Notes: generated by a model not told the origin, from the sequence alone. Positions 1 through 12,228 are shown, counted from the whole stretch's first letter. The stretch: 62,926 nucleotides of DNA, filler included, from Rhabdomonas costata (GCA_019059605.1; 21 parts of 21 records of this genome joined end to end with filler, not necessarily neighbours in it); one strand, 5' to 3'. A program made the numbers and translations.

Positions 1-498
1 TGTGGCGGTAAAAGAGTGGCTGTGGTCCCAAAAGTGTACAAAAGCTCGCCACGCCGAATGGTGTAGAAAGGAGCACAAGGACCACCAACCACGGAGACAA
101 AGACAATTTTTTTGCTTGGCTACCAGTGTAAAAGTGCAAGACCTCAACATACTTAAATGCGGTGGGAGCAGTAAAAGCTTTTATTTCAAGTGAGTGAAAA
201 CAATGAGAATGAAAGGATAATATTTGGTAGGTGGGATGGGGGGCGGGTGAGAGAGTCCTTATGAGCTTGTGTGAGAGTTAGCGAAGAAGTTCTATGTAGC
301 AATGCGGTGGTCCAGCGAGAAACCATCAACGACCTTCGCCGAGGAGCGCAGCGGCCCAGTTATCCTGGACACTTGTCACGATTGCGTAAGGATTAAACCA
401 GAACTGTGCGTCGACCTGTACCCGTGTGCTTTTATTTTCCACGAGCATCTCTGATGACGGGGACCTCACTCACTCGCTCACTCACACCACTTCACCAG

Positions 499-2477
499 AG
501 CCCTTCTCAAAAATTATTCCGTGCAGCCGATGCCCATCTCTTGGGTTTTCAGGTTCATGCCCCAAACCCTGTTTGCGGGTGAGACCACCGACAAGTTGGG
601 CCGCGAGGGTTCTGTGGGCTCTTGCCCCAGCCCCACTCATCTGGTCGACTCTGTGGAGGAGGTCGCTTTCCCCGCGCCCGTCACGGTACCCCCTCTGGCT
701 CTGACCTCTGCCCAAAGCGGCGATGGGTTTGACAGCGCCGTGGGCCCCACCCGGCGGGTGAAGGCAGCGGGCGTGACCGAGGCCGGGCTCAGCCCCATGC
801 AGTGGAGTGGCACGGTCACCGTTCTGCTGGCGGACATTACAGGTTTGCGGGTTGTTCGCCGGTGGCTGTGGGCTGCGACTTCGGTGCGAGTGGTGTAACT
901 ACGATATTGTCCTGCTGCCGCCAGTCCTTCTTCTTGCCTTGTTTCGGGTGGTTTTCTTTTTGTGCTCGTTTTGTCAACGTGTCGCTTTTTTGGCGCATGC
1001 TTTACTGCGGAGATAGTCACCTTTGTTGGCGGCTTCTTTCTCGGGTGCCCGCTGTGACGGCTTGCCACAAGCCGTGTGGGTAGGTAGTGGCGTTAAACTG
1101 CCCAACGACTTTTTTCAGTGCAACGATCTTGCACGGTACAACGTTGCTTCCCCGAAACTTCTGTTCTGCCCCGCATTGCAATTTCCTAAAGTTTTCTGCA
1201 ACAATGTCATTGCTTTCCACTGGCTGCCCCAGCGATCATGTTGAGTTTCAGCTGCAACCTCAGCTGCAGTTGTGTTATTTGAACAGTGCCCTGTGGCAAT
1301 GTTATCCAGCAACATTTCGTTGGTATACCGTATACCGTATACCTCTGCGATCGGTTTGAAAGAGTGCACCGGACATTTCGGACTGCGGGGGGGGTGGTGG
1401 TCCTCGCGGTTGAAAACATATTTTTTTTTCCGACTTCACCACTCATAGGCTTCAACCGCATCATGTCAAACCACGAGCTGAGCCTAGCAGACGTGTACAG
1501 CATCTTCTTGTCCCGTGTTACAAAGGTGCAGCTGAATTGTTGCTGATGATTTCCCCGCCCTCGTTGCTCGTTTCTTTTCCAAGCCAGTCTGAACCTTGCG
1601 GTATATACATCCAGGTCTTATCCGCCTTGGTCACACTGTGCACAATCTCCCCAGAGACAAAGCAAGTGCAGCAACAAAAGCCGCAGTCGTCTGGTGCACA
1701 ACCGGCTTGGAGTCTAATGCAAAGATGATATAAATACCCAGCCTGCCCTTGGCTGCCCATTTGGCTCCTTCTTCCATATTATCGTTCCGGGAAGCCACCT
1801 TGGCTCGATGAGGTCAGAGGTTGACCCCGCGGCTCCGGGGCAACTCAGTTCCCTTCCAAGTTACCGACCGGCACGGGACTTTTAGGCGAACGAAAATGAA
1901 GCACGGGGCCTAAAGAACAGCACTGCGATCGATTGCTGTTGAGTATTGGGGTGAGTAGCCGAGTGAAGGGTTTGTGTGTTTTGGACCATACTTGCACCCG
2001 TTTGAGGTTCCTCGTTTCGGGGGAGGTGATAATACTCCAAGGCGGAGCATTCGTTCGTTCATGCCTCCTCAATGTGAGGGGGGGGGGGCAGGGGTTGTTG
2101 GTGGTAGCGGAAAATTGACTACTACTATTGAGTGCTGATGTGTGAGGAATCCGACAGGGAGCGGGAAAAGCAACGATGTGGAAAAATGCCGAGGATGAAC
2201 GAATACAAAAGGGAACAAAATAGTCGCAGAAGCAAGGTACAAGGTAGTCTCTGCTTCACAATGGCAACCAACTGACCACCTTGCGAGTGGTCGGTGGTGC
2301 GATAGCCCTCCCATTACATGACCGTTACACACCTACCGGTGTTTTCTTGCGTGGCGTGGCATGGGATGTTTGGCTGCAACCTGCATCCGTTCACAGAGTG
2401 TGAAGGAGTTCAGCGGGGTGGTGGACAAGTGCATCGGGGACAAGGTGCTTTGCCACTGGAACTGCGTCACTCGCCAG
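499..2477 (+). CDS. Class III adenylate/guanylate cyclase, partial, multi-exon
   Basis: Phase-compatible GT-AG exons ~499-842, 1449-1525 and 2397-2477 splice to TVTVLLADITG|FNRIMSNHELSLADVYSIFLSRVTK|SVKEFSGVVDKCIGDKVLCHWN. Both metal-binding Asp (ADITGF, IGD) are present, as is the Lys typical of ATP specificity. 5' exon boundaries are uncertain. Confidence 0.8.
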
Positions 2478-2903
2478 GTCCCCGAAAACATTTCCTGTGA
2501 ATGAGAGCGGCGTTGCCATAATTTTTCTTCGCGTCTTCTTGTCTTCTTGGCAACAAGTCGGTTTTTGTCCGTCGTCGGGAGGCGTGCCCATGCACACTTT
2601 GCGATTAGAGGGGAAGGTATTTTCCCTGATTCCAGGGCGCTTCACGTTCCTCGATATCATTGAATCTTACGTGGTGGGTTGGAGGCGGTGAGTGCGCGAG
2701 CGTTTGTTGGCGAAAGCCTTCTTGGATCTTTCCCACAAATGATGATGCACGTTCCAGCATATGCATCTTAGCGCCAACCTGCCACAACCCATCGTACGAG
2801 ATTGCCATTGTTTCCCCGCAGCCTCTATACTTGAATTGTCGATTTCCTGTCCGTCCATCCTTCCTCACTCCCTCGGTCCATACAGGCATAAACCACCCCC
2901 CCC

Positions 2904-3003
2904 NNNNNNNNNNNNNNNNNNNNNNNNNNNNNNNNNNNNNNNNNNNNTTAATTAATTAANNNNNNNNNNNNNNNNNNNNNNNNNNNNNNNNNNNNNNNNN
3001 NNN
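2904..3003. other. Artificial contig linker (N44-TTAATTAATTAA-N44), first of 20
   Basis: The identical 100-nt linker, with stops in all six frames, recurs at 5908, 8911, 11918, 14922, 17919, 20923, 23925, 26927, 29928, 32930, 35931, 38932, 41933, 44933, 47933, 50932, 53931, 56930 and 59930. It defines 21 contigs of ~2.9 kb. Confidence 0.99.
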
Positions 3004-3111
3004 GGGTTTTTGTTTTGCACAGAAGAAGTGTGCAAGTGCTGAAGAAGTGGAGAAAACTACCATTCCCCGGACTGAACAAAATTCGGTGCACACAAAGCAA
3101 GCATGGCAGAC

Positions 3112-4906
3112 CTGAAAGAGGTGGGTCAGCCCGTGGCCCACCAGCCCAGCGACGTAGTGGCAGTACAGCTCGTAATCCGCGATGGTCACGGCGGGCTCGG
3201 TCCGCGCGGCGTACTCTGCCATCCCCGCGCCCATCTTCTTCGCGATGTCCACGATGGGCTCCTGGAGCTTCGGATCGAGCTCCAAGAACGCCGTCACCAC
3301 GAGGTCGAAGTGCTCCAGCAAGTCCCGTTCGTCCGCATTGTCCTGGAATGCAGGCAGACGCAGGGTGGCAAGCTTCCTTAACGTGGGGTTTATCGGCTGC
3401 CGACTTAATTGTTTGGAGCCATGTTGACCAAGTGTTCTGGATGCGAGAGTCCAAGGCCAAAAGTTGCATCTGTTAAAGGAAGGAAGGAATGAAAGAAGGA
3501 AGTTAACGGGGTGCGCAAAACGGACGCAAAGCTCACGAGATGCGCAAGTCAAAGCGAACAGCGGGAATGCCCCTTTAAAACAGAACCTTCCCTGAAGCAC
3601 AAAATGAGCTCTCACTGTAATCTCTCCTATCCCTCTGCAGAAAAACGCGTTTGCGCAACGATATGTTCCGCGTTCGGTAAAAACCTGTCAAAAAGCAATT
3701 TTGCCTTCGCTGTCAAACGAAAGGCCTATTGAGAAGAAAAGCTTGCGCATACCCCGATTCCGGAAATCGACCAACCTCGCTGATAAAGCTTCTCGTGAAA
3801 GCTCTGTGAAACACACATTAATTAACAGGACCAATACCAACACGAAATGAATATTCTACCGACACAGATACACTCTGAATCATCCAGATCAAAATGCGGG
3901 ACTCGCTTGAAAGTATAAAACACAAAGGGCCAGACAGGGCTGCAAGACCGCGGACCGATACGGCATGCTCTATCTGCGCTAATAAACTTCATAAACCTCT
4001 AAAGGTGTATTTCCACTGCCCCTCGAACAGCCAATCACCTCTAAACCACAAAATTCCGTTCAAGCGAGGTGAAAATCGTAAGCGCGCGACTTGCGAAGAT
4101 GGCGTACGAGTGGGAGGCAGCGAAGAGATATCACTAAATTTGCTGATCGCTGCACGCAAAAAGGAAGTCGAATGAAAAGGTGGCGCGGGAGAGGAGATAC
4201 GATCAGCTCGGAGGTCTTGCGGTCCAACGACACGGACATGTCATCCTCAATCGTGTCCAGTCCACGGAGGACGAGGTAGAAGATGCACGTCGCGTCGCGC
4301 AGCTCCTCACCCAGCGCCATGATGACGGCCGCAAAGGAGCGGCTGACCTGCAACGAAAAAACAGACAGGTGTGTGCTGAGGCACTCCTTTTCCGGGAGGT
4401 TGGACTGTGACTTCACCCCTCATCAGGGGCGTGCTGACTCCGCACGGTTTTCAAGCCGAACCCCTGATGGAGCCCCCGACAGATAGTTGTTTTTGGGGGC
4501 GAGGGGGGGGGGCAGGGGTGAGCTCACGCCTTGGGTGGATGCCTTTATGCAAACAAATGGAAGCACACTACTTTCTGCGAAACACCCACCATCACTCCAG
4601 ACATAAAAAAAAAGCCGTTTCGAATTCATCAGGTTCTGTGGGGATGCGCAAGCCGAGGACCAATTACGGTGGAAAGGGAGTGGGGTAATATGTGCAAGTG
4701 CAACGCATACAAGTGCATCGTTTTTCCGGGAGGGGGAGAGTTGGGTCGACCTTCTGCAGTTTCTCGTAGCAATAGTCCAGGTGAGGGTTTTTGGCCTTTA
4801 CCGCCTTCTTCACCGCGCGCTGGCGCACCAACACCTGCATGATCGCCGAGGTGTCTGTGTACCACTGCCGCGCCACAGACACGGGGCTCCACAGGGCAGA
4901 CATCAT
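3112..4906 (-). CDS. SQS: Squalene synthase (farnesyl-diphosphate farnesyltransferase), 5' part
   Basis: Exons 4906-4751, 4347-4201, 3803-3753 and 3342-3112, all phase 0 GT-AG. They give [19 protein letters not shown]...[14 protein letters not shown]...|[26 protein letters not shown]...[14 protein letters not shown], the canonical SQS motifs. Truncated at the contig end. Confidence 0.95.
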
Positions 4907-6391
4907 CTTGTGTTCTGTTCCTCGGTGAGAATGGGCAGGAAATTCGGGGGGAGGGAGGGAGAGGAACGGCTCAAAGCGGCTCAACGGATTAAGCAGCTGA
5001 GGCGAGGGCACTCGACAGGACGAGAACCCGAAATATAACAGCGAGGAGGAAGAGAGGTGGTGGGATCACACACTGCGTGCAGAAAAATTAAGCCACTCTA
5101 AAGCCACTCTACTGGCGGGACACTAAAACCACTACAAAGCACCGCACGAACGAATGCGTGAGTGCGTGTGTGTGGGTGGGGGGGGATCAGTCCTCGACCA
5201 GCCCGATTGCCTTCCATTTGGGCAGCCAGTCGTACCATGTCAATATTCCCTGATCTCACGCTAATTTGTGGGAGATTTTTTTCCCGTGTTGATAGAGCTC
5301 ACATAATTGTCTCCAAGCACCCCACCGTTTCTCCATGTCAACCAAAACGTATTTGTTCCGCTGAGATACCATTGCCCATTTGCAGAGAGTTCGGAAATGA
5401 GGCATGCTGCGATCGGTCAGGGATCGTGGAAGGGAAGGGGGATGTGGCTGAATGCTGTGGCTATGGCCAGCCTGTGGCTGAAAATTGGCGAGCAGAAACT
5501 AATGGAAACGTGTGCCGCACTCCATCACATAAAATATATACCTATATTCGCTCAGGCATTGGTTCCTGGGTGGTTTCTTACCAGTTTTTATAGTTACCTA
5601 TCGCTAGCTTCCAATAATTGAAATTAGTAACGCCGTTGGCACCTCATGCACTATGCACTGGATCCAAGATGTCGGTGCCCCCCAATCTCCAACACCCCTT
5701 GCCCCGCGCGAATCACACACAAACAATGGTCTGCATTGTTCTGCAGGGTGTTCGGGACGACTTATTCTTGGAACGAAACTCACATGAGCTCTCAGGGCAC
5801 CGGGTCTCCCAGCTCCGCCATTCCTGGAAAGTTCGGAAACAACGTGAGCAATTACGACCTCAGCCAGGCACCCCTTCTCCCCACCCCCCCATCGGTGTAA
5901 CCCAACANNNNNNNNNNNNNNNNNNNNNNNNNNNNNNNNNNNNNNNNNNNNTTAATTAATTAANNNNNNNNNNNNNNNNNNNNNNNNNNNNNNNNNNNNN
6001 NNNNNNNGTTTGTGGGTGGATTTTCTGCATACCTTCAACTATTTAGCAGCGATCTAATGCTGGTCTGAGGTATTTCCTCTGTGATCTGAGATGGCCGCGA
6101 TGAAGGATACTGGGGCACATTCATGAAGAAACCTCATGACAGCCTCCGCAACCACGTCCCTGAGGGGGGGGGAAGCCCTTCTGTTTTATTGGGTGCGTGG
6201 GACAGCAATGAAACGAGCAATGAAACGAAGCAGCAGAAAATTTACAAAAGAAGGAGGAAAATACGGTGAACTCATGCACGACAAATAGGTTTCCTTTCGT
6301 GTGCTAAAGAGTACCCATCTTGGATGAAACGCTGTGGAACAGTTGTCGTTGGATTGGCCCCAAAATCGGGGTGTTTAGCGCTCAGAGTGAC

Positions 6392-8151
6392 CTCCATATG
6401 ACCGGATCATCGTCGCCAACCTGCAGGAACTGCTGGCCAGTTGCTAGAAGGTCCCACGAGAATCTCCGTCACGTGAAGAAAAAAATGTATCATCAAATAA
6501 TGGATCAACTTCTACTCTGATCCGTTGATCCATTACTTTCACGGTACTTTCACGGTTCGCCATTTAAAAAAAGGAAAGAAAAAACTTCACGGTATTGGAT
6601 CTTGTTTACGGTGACGCCATAAACTTTAAATAAAATTATATAAAAAATGCATAAAAAAACCATTTTTCATGTATTTGAAAACGATTCTGTCACTGCTAGG
6701 GAAGACATCTCCGGCGCGCTCTTGCAAAATGGGAATGCGGGATTCGGGGAGGGGATGAGGATGAGAACATACCCGAAATTGACTCCAATGCCACGTTCAC
6801 CAGTGAGCTTCGTGACGCTTCCGCGAGCCCGGCTGCCCAGCATAAGGTGGAAGTTGCCGTCGTCACCCCCACCGTCATTGGTAATCTGACCAGGACCAGT
6901 GGTGCATGCGACTCGCAGCAGGAAGCGTGTTTTCACACAAGGTGCAATACGCTCATTCTCGAAGCTGAAACCAAGGTCGGATCCCCCGAGTCTTTTAACT
7001 TTTCACCAACTAATATAAACGTGCTAAAACGAAGAATGAAAAATGAAAAAAAATCTGAACCCACTCAATTTCGCATCGTCCGCACACTCCACATCTCTGA
7101 AATATGAAATGGCCCGCCCCATCTCAAAAGCCAAGAACAGCCTCAGAGGAAGCAAAGCCATCTGCAAGTAACCCCCTCTGGCTTCAAGAGTCGATACTGC
7201 CCTCAAAGGGAGAGAACACACTATAAGGGCTGAGGAAAGGCGACTCGAAGAAGCCATGGGCCGCGTGAGCCTGGTGGTGAGTGACGGGCACAAACCTGCA
7301 CATAAGAAGTTGAAAACGAATTGGAACAGACGGACACGAGAGGATCTGTGAATCATGTGGGTAATGAGCCGAGTGACAAGCTGAATGGAAATCCCACAGA
7401 ACCGTTTCGGAGAAGGCACCCAGCGCGAGAGGAAAGGAGCTCCGGCAGTAACACAGAAGGACTCGCGGCAAATGTCCACCTCGTACGAAGTCTTGATGAA
7501 GTCAGAAGCGGCAGCTGCACCCAGCCAGGCACGGGAAACGCAATGTTAGATTATTCACGCAGTGGCAAAAAAAACCGAAGTGAAAACAAAACAGACAAAC
7601 CCCAGCTGAGGTTCCAGTAAGGCCACAAGCCATCAGGCACGCCCTTGGTCCGCGTCTCCCTCACGATGTTGCTGAGGCCCCAATGTGGGCGTCGAGTTAC
7701 CCTTTCCAGCTCCACCACCAGCTTCACCTTTGAAGAAAGACAGAACAAGAAAAAATCCCAGTTGACCCTGATCCGAAGATGACGTGATAAAACTCTCCTC
7801 CCCCGGGGCCGGGTTTTGCACGAAAACAGACCAGTAAAAAAAGGGCAGTCTCGGTTTGTGTGCCTCTGTGCCTCTTGTGTTAACAATGAGATGGATCCAA
7901 ATCCAATCAGAAGATGGGACAGAGGCAAACCCGCTGCTTCACCACAGAACGTGCAACACGAGAGCGACGTTGCGTGAACTGACGACAGGCGAACCCAACA
8001 AACAAAGTGGTCGCACCGAATGGTTCAAAGCAACAGCAAGCGAGACGTCATGGGGAAGTTGGCTGAGAGCGACCCCCAGCGTGTTTTGGCCACCCCTTGC
8101 CAAGTCAACAGTCCGACAAAGGACGACCGAGAGCAACAAGAGTGACCACAT
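6392..8151 (-). CDS. NodU/CmcH/TobZ-family O-carbamoyltransferase with N-terminal signal peptide, 5' part, one apparent frameshift
   Basis: Exons 8151-8017, 7727-7601, 7514-7403, 7295-7222, 6885-6773 and 6463-6392 give LGVALSQLPHDVSLAV...|VKLVVELERVTRRPH...|FVPVTHHQAHAAHGFFESPF..SALI|ITNDGGGDD. These match the HD, E-E-R-x-x-R-x-x-H, HHxAH..SPF and DGxGD motifs of the Kae1-like carbamoyltransferase domain. The frame slips at ~7236. Confidence 0.85.
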
Positions 8152-8792
8152 TGCATCGGCCGAGGAAGATTCGCGTCCATCACAGATTTCAAAGCAGATG
8201 GCAGGGCTGAAGTCGAGGTTGAAAAACAAAGGGAGGGAAGTCGAAGTAATGCAATGAGTGTCGTCAAGTCGCTACTCTGTCCTGAATTTTGAACGGAATT
8301 TTGGCCTGCTTCGCTGAAAACTGCTGCTCAAATTGCAGTCGTTGCAGGGCTACGAGAAAAGAGTGCCCACATTTTTGCGCTGCTACCATCTTTTTACGGT
8401 CGTATTTGTAGGATGACAGTGTTCACGATGGATTTTTTGTTGCCAAGTCATCACGCAACTGCGCACAGGCACAGTCCGGGGTCCAACACAGAAACAATAT
8501 AATATGTATACCTGGACAAACAAACTGGCCATAAGCAGGAGTACCTGGCAACAGTTTCGTCAAAATCCGACAGTCCCGACGGCATGGTCACTCGATACCA
8601 ACACTTTCTCGGACATCTGCATGACTGACCTCCAGAAAATACCTAGAGTACCCAAGTCTGGTCCTTCGCTCCATTCGACATTCGAATCTGAAGTTTCGCA
8701 CGTTCCTCTCCTTTTCAACCACAGTCACACATTTATTTCTCTCATTCCCTGTGTCCCGGAACCCACCTCGCCTCTTTTCTCTTCCGCCCACC

Positions 8793-8910
8793 ATGTCCTC
8801 GGAGCCAGATCCTCAGCGGCGGCGCACCGAGGAAGCCCCCCCAAAGTGGGCCCTGAAGCTCTCTGAACTGGTCCTCAACCTTAGCCAGCGAGTGGAAGCT
8901 CTGAGCCTGT
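8793..8910 (+). CDS. Probable first exon of an unknown protein, divergent from the carbamoyltransferase
   Basis: ATG after a pyrimidine-rich tract; MSSEPDPQRRRTEEAPPKWALKLSELVLNLSQRVEALSL stays open to the contig end. No recognisable domain. Confidence 0.35.
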
Positions 8911-9010
8911 NNNNNNNNNNNNNNNNNNNNNNNNNNNNNNNNNNNNNNNNNNNNTTAATTAATTAANNNNNNNNNNNNNNNNNNNNNNNNNNNNNNNNNN
9001 NNNNNNNNNN

Positions 9011-11578
9011 GTTTTTGGTGATACTGATTCGCAATGGTGCAAGCCAGAGTTCCTTTTGGACTGGTCCAGCAATGGACTTGTCGACCTAAGAGGAACGTCA
9101 GTAAAACTCAGAAAATCCATTCTTCAGCACATGGGCTGCCTCTGTGATATCTTTGATAGGTTGAGTTCCCCTGCTTTGATTCCTCGGTTCATTCAATGCG
9201 CTCTTCAAGCTTCTCCACCATCAGAGGCCAACCTGCAATGGGTGTCGGCTCTTCTCGACTTCAATGCCCCATATGCCATCGTCGTGCACCCGAGATATCC
9301 TCCGACACGACCGGCACATTGGTGGGCACAGAAAACCTTGTGCTTCCAGCCTTTCGACGACGAGGAGCCTTTGCTGCGGAATGCGATTTTGCAACTTCGA
9401 GAGCACCCCCCTGAATCAAAACCCGTTTTCCTCGATTTTTCAAGCAACCATTTGAAGTTCTATCCATTGGGGTTTCGCACCATGGGCAACATTATGAGAT
9501 CGACCTGGCTCTTTTTGGCCAACCCAGACTCGTGTGATATCAACATCGCAGTGTCTGAAGGTGAACTCGTTTCAGAGTACGCAGCTTCGTATGCCACACA
9601 TCTCGCGAGTGTCAACGAAAGGCACGAGCTTATGATTTCTACCCTCAAACCATGGGCGAAAGGAGCCGACCAGTCACCTGAGTCCTGGAACGAAGAGCAA
9701 GAAGCCAGAGGGATTCTCACGGCGCGGCTCCGCCCACTGACAGAATGCCAGCCGTCTCTGGACTGCATGCCTTTGGTAAAGCCCATGTACATTACAGGCC
9801 CTCCAGGGTCAGGAAAGACCCACCTTTTGCTTGAACTTGCTCGGACTCTCCATCTCTCGGCTCCTCATCTCAATTGGGAGATTTCAAGCCTTGCGGCATT
9901 GAGGGCGTCAAAACTTGGTGGGGTCCACTTTCACCTGCTCTTCGGATTCAGGCCTGACAAAAATCGCCGCCCCACAGCAGCTTCTATGGCAAGCTCCGCC
10001 ATGCGCCATCTGGCACATCATCCCGTTTTGCGCCGGTATCTTCTCGAACTTCACGTACTTTTTTTCGATGAATGGGCACAGTTGGGTTCCATCTCCGTCG
10101 CAGCCATGGACTTGCTGCTGAGGAAAATCCGCGGCAACGATAAGCTTTTCGGAGGCCTTTGTGTCATAGCAGCAGGAGATCATTACCAAAATGAGCCCAT
10201 TGACGAGCCATCACCACTCCAGTCCTGGCTTATGATCTATAACTTTAACACAATCTGCCTCACCACCATGTACCGTTCGCGCCTGGATGCCATGCTTCAG
10301 TTCATCATTATGCAAATTCGGAAGCCTCAGATCCCGGAGATTGTCGTTTCGCAAATCCTTTCCATCGTTACCACTCATTGCCAGATGGTGGGAGGACCTG
10401 CTGCAGTTCCCTCGGATTCCACTTGGCTGCTTCCGACTCACGCCGCAGTGGTCGGTGCCAGAGAGGCACGTTTTTCTGCGTCCACTGAAGCCAAGAAGCT
10501 GTTTCAGGCGGAGGACTTTATCCTGCACGCGGGGACATGGAAACGAACCCTTGACACGCGCTACACTGCCCTCCTCAACCGTCAAACTGCGCTTCTCCCC
10601 GTGGTGCACGTAGTCGTGGGCGACAGAATGCAATTCACACAAAACACAATCATCAACAAAAAACTCCATGCGAACGGGTCCTCGGCAGTTGTACACGACG
10701 TCACTGAGAACTCCGTCACACTGAAGCTTCACGATGACTCCCAAGCTTCCGTCAGCAGGGCTGCAGCCAAGGTATTGCTGCTTTTAAAATCGGCTTTTCT
10801 AGTTTCGTTTACATATCCCTTCTCTGCTCTTTTCTCCCACTCTCTACCCTAGGTTTCAATGAGTCGCCGAGGCATGCTTCAGCTCAAGCGGGAACAGATT
10901 CCCTTGGAGCTGGCCTGCGCCACAACCGTGCACGACAGCCAAGGAGACACCTGCCCTTCAATAGCGACTTCCGCCAATGACAACTGGGAGAACAGGATGT
11001 GGTCCCGACAAATGTTATTTACGCTCCTTACGAGAGTCGAACGGCTGAACCACATCACTTTCGTTGGGTTTAATTCCGACAACATTGCCGCGCTGCTAAG
11101 GCTGACTACTTACTGGCATGGGGATGCTGACGCCTGGTGTCAAAAGGTAAACCTGTTGAAAAACGCCTACACCCAGGTGATTCCCTTGCCGGTTCCTGAA
11201 CCATTCTACGACCACGGTTTGCAAGCCCTTCCTCGTGCTGGAATAAACGCGGCCTATATTTTGGAAAGTGAGTCAACCAAGGCCTGCTATCCAGGGAGCA
11301 CGGACAACGTACTCCGCCGCCTTACTGAACACAACAGCAAACGAGGAGCCGTGATCACTGCGTGGGTTCAGGACTGGAAAGTCAAAGCCTGTGTTCTTGG
11401 ATTTCCCTCGGGGTTGTTAGGAAGGGCAAATGCTCGTGCATTTGAGCTCAAGCTCCTACGCTCTCCCGTTGTGCCGCACCTGCCGCTATTTGAGTGGATC
11501 CGTCTGACGCATTTGCTCGTGACACAACACAACGCGGACACCTCACTTTCTCCTTTATGGGTGCAGACCTTTCTCTGA
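9011..11578 (+). CDS. Pif1-family (SF1B) DNA helicase fused to a C-terminal SLX1-like GIY-YIG endonuclease; 5'-truncated; candidate mobile-element protein
   Basis: Open from the contig start. One 81-nt GT-AG intron (10772-10852, carrying the in-frame TAG) joins the 598-aa and 239-aa ORFs. Helicase motifs: GPPGSGKT, LGGVHFHLLF, FFDEW, FGGLCVIAAGDHYQ, LTTMYRS, REQIPLELACATTVHDSQGDT, LFTLLTRV. Nuclease motifs at ~11250-11460: AAYILES..CYPGSTDNVLRRLTEHNSKRGAVIT..W..GF..ARAFE. Confidence 0.9.
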
Positions 11579-12228
11579 CTTTTGTTTTTGTGCTGTTGAC
11601 TTGTGCTGTAGAGCGCTGTCTCCGTCATTCTGGCGAAATGCTCACGAAAACGGGTGGTTCTTAATCTTTTCCATTATGACCATATAGGTTGGCCCAGCAT
11701 GTTTTCGGGGGACCTTGTTGCACACCCACATTTCCAACCAGGGAGCAATGAAATTCGTTCTGCGCTTTCGCCGCGTGCCGGAAGACCACACAGCCATTTC
11801 CTTTGCTTCGGTGTTGCTTGGAAGACCCGGACGAGTTTTCCGAACTTAAACTGAACTTCCAGTAGTTTAGGATAGCACCATTCAAGCGCTCATTTGTGTT
11901 TGCTTTCCCCCACCCCCNNNNNNNNNNNNNNNNNNNNNNNNNNNNNNNNNNNNNNNNNNNNTTAATTAATTAANNNNNNNNNNNNNNNNNNNNNNNNNNN
12001 NNNNNNNNNNNNNNNNNTTGTGATTCACAGCCGCACTGATTATTCACGTCGTTTGATGCTTAATAAGTGAGGCCGATCAAATGAAAACCGCGCCAAGCAT
12101 ACTGTGGAAAAACAAAAGCATCAAACGACGTGAATAATCAGTGCGGCTGTGAATCACATCCAAAACCCAAAGGACAGGTAATACCGAGGGCACGTGTGTG
12201 TCGAGGAAAAGCGAGAGATCGGCCATAC

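Noticed and set aside
2948-2959. Regularly spaced TTAATTAATTAA resembling a CRISPR repeat or piggyBac TTAA site
   Set aside because: It is embedded in N runs and is a synthetic six-frame-stop linker. ORFs in the track ending in X..LIN are artefacts of it.
11579-11917. Search for a Helitron 3' hairpin plus CTRR terminus after the helicase-nuclease gene
   Set aside because: Only short stems (e.g. cgga...tccg at ~11829-11843) and no convincing terminus.
12019-12158. Perfect 43-bp inverted repeat, resembling a MITE or hairpin RNA
   Set aside because: It sits directly at a contig end, like five other perfect fold-backs; typical amplification or template-switch chimera.
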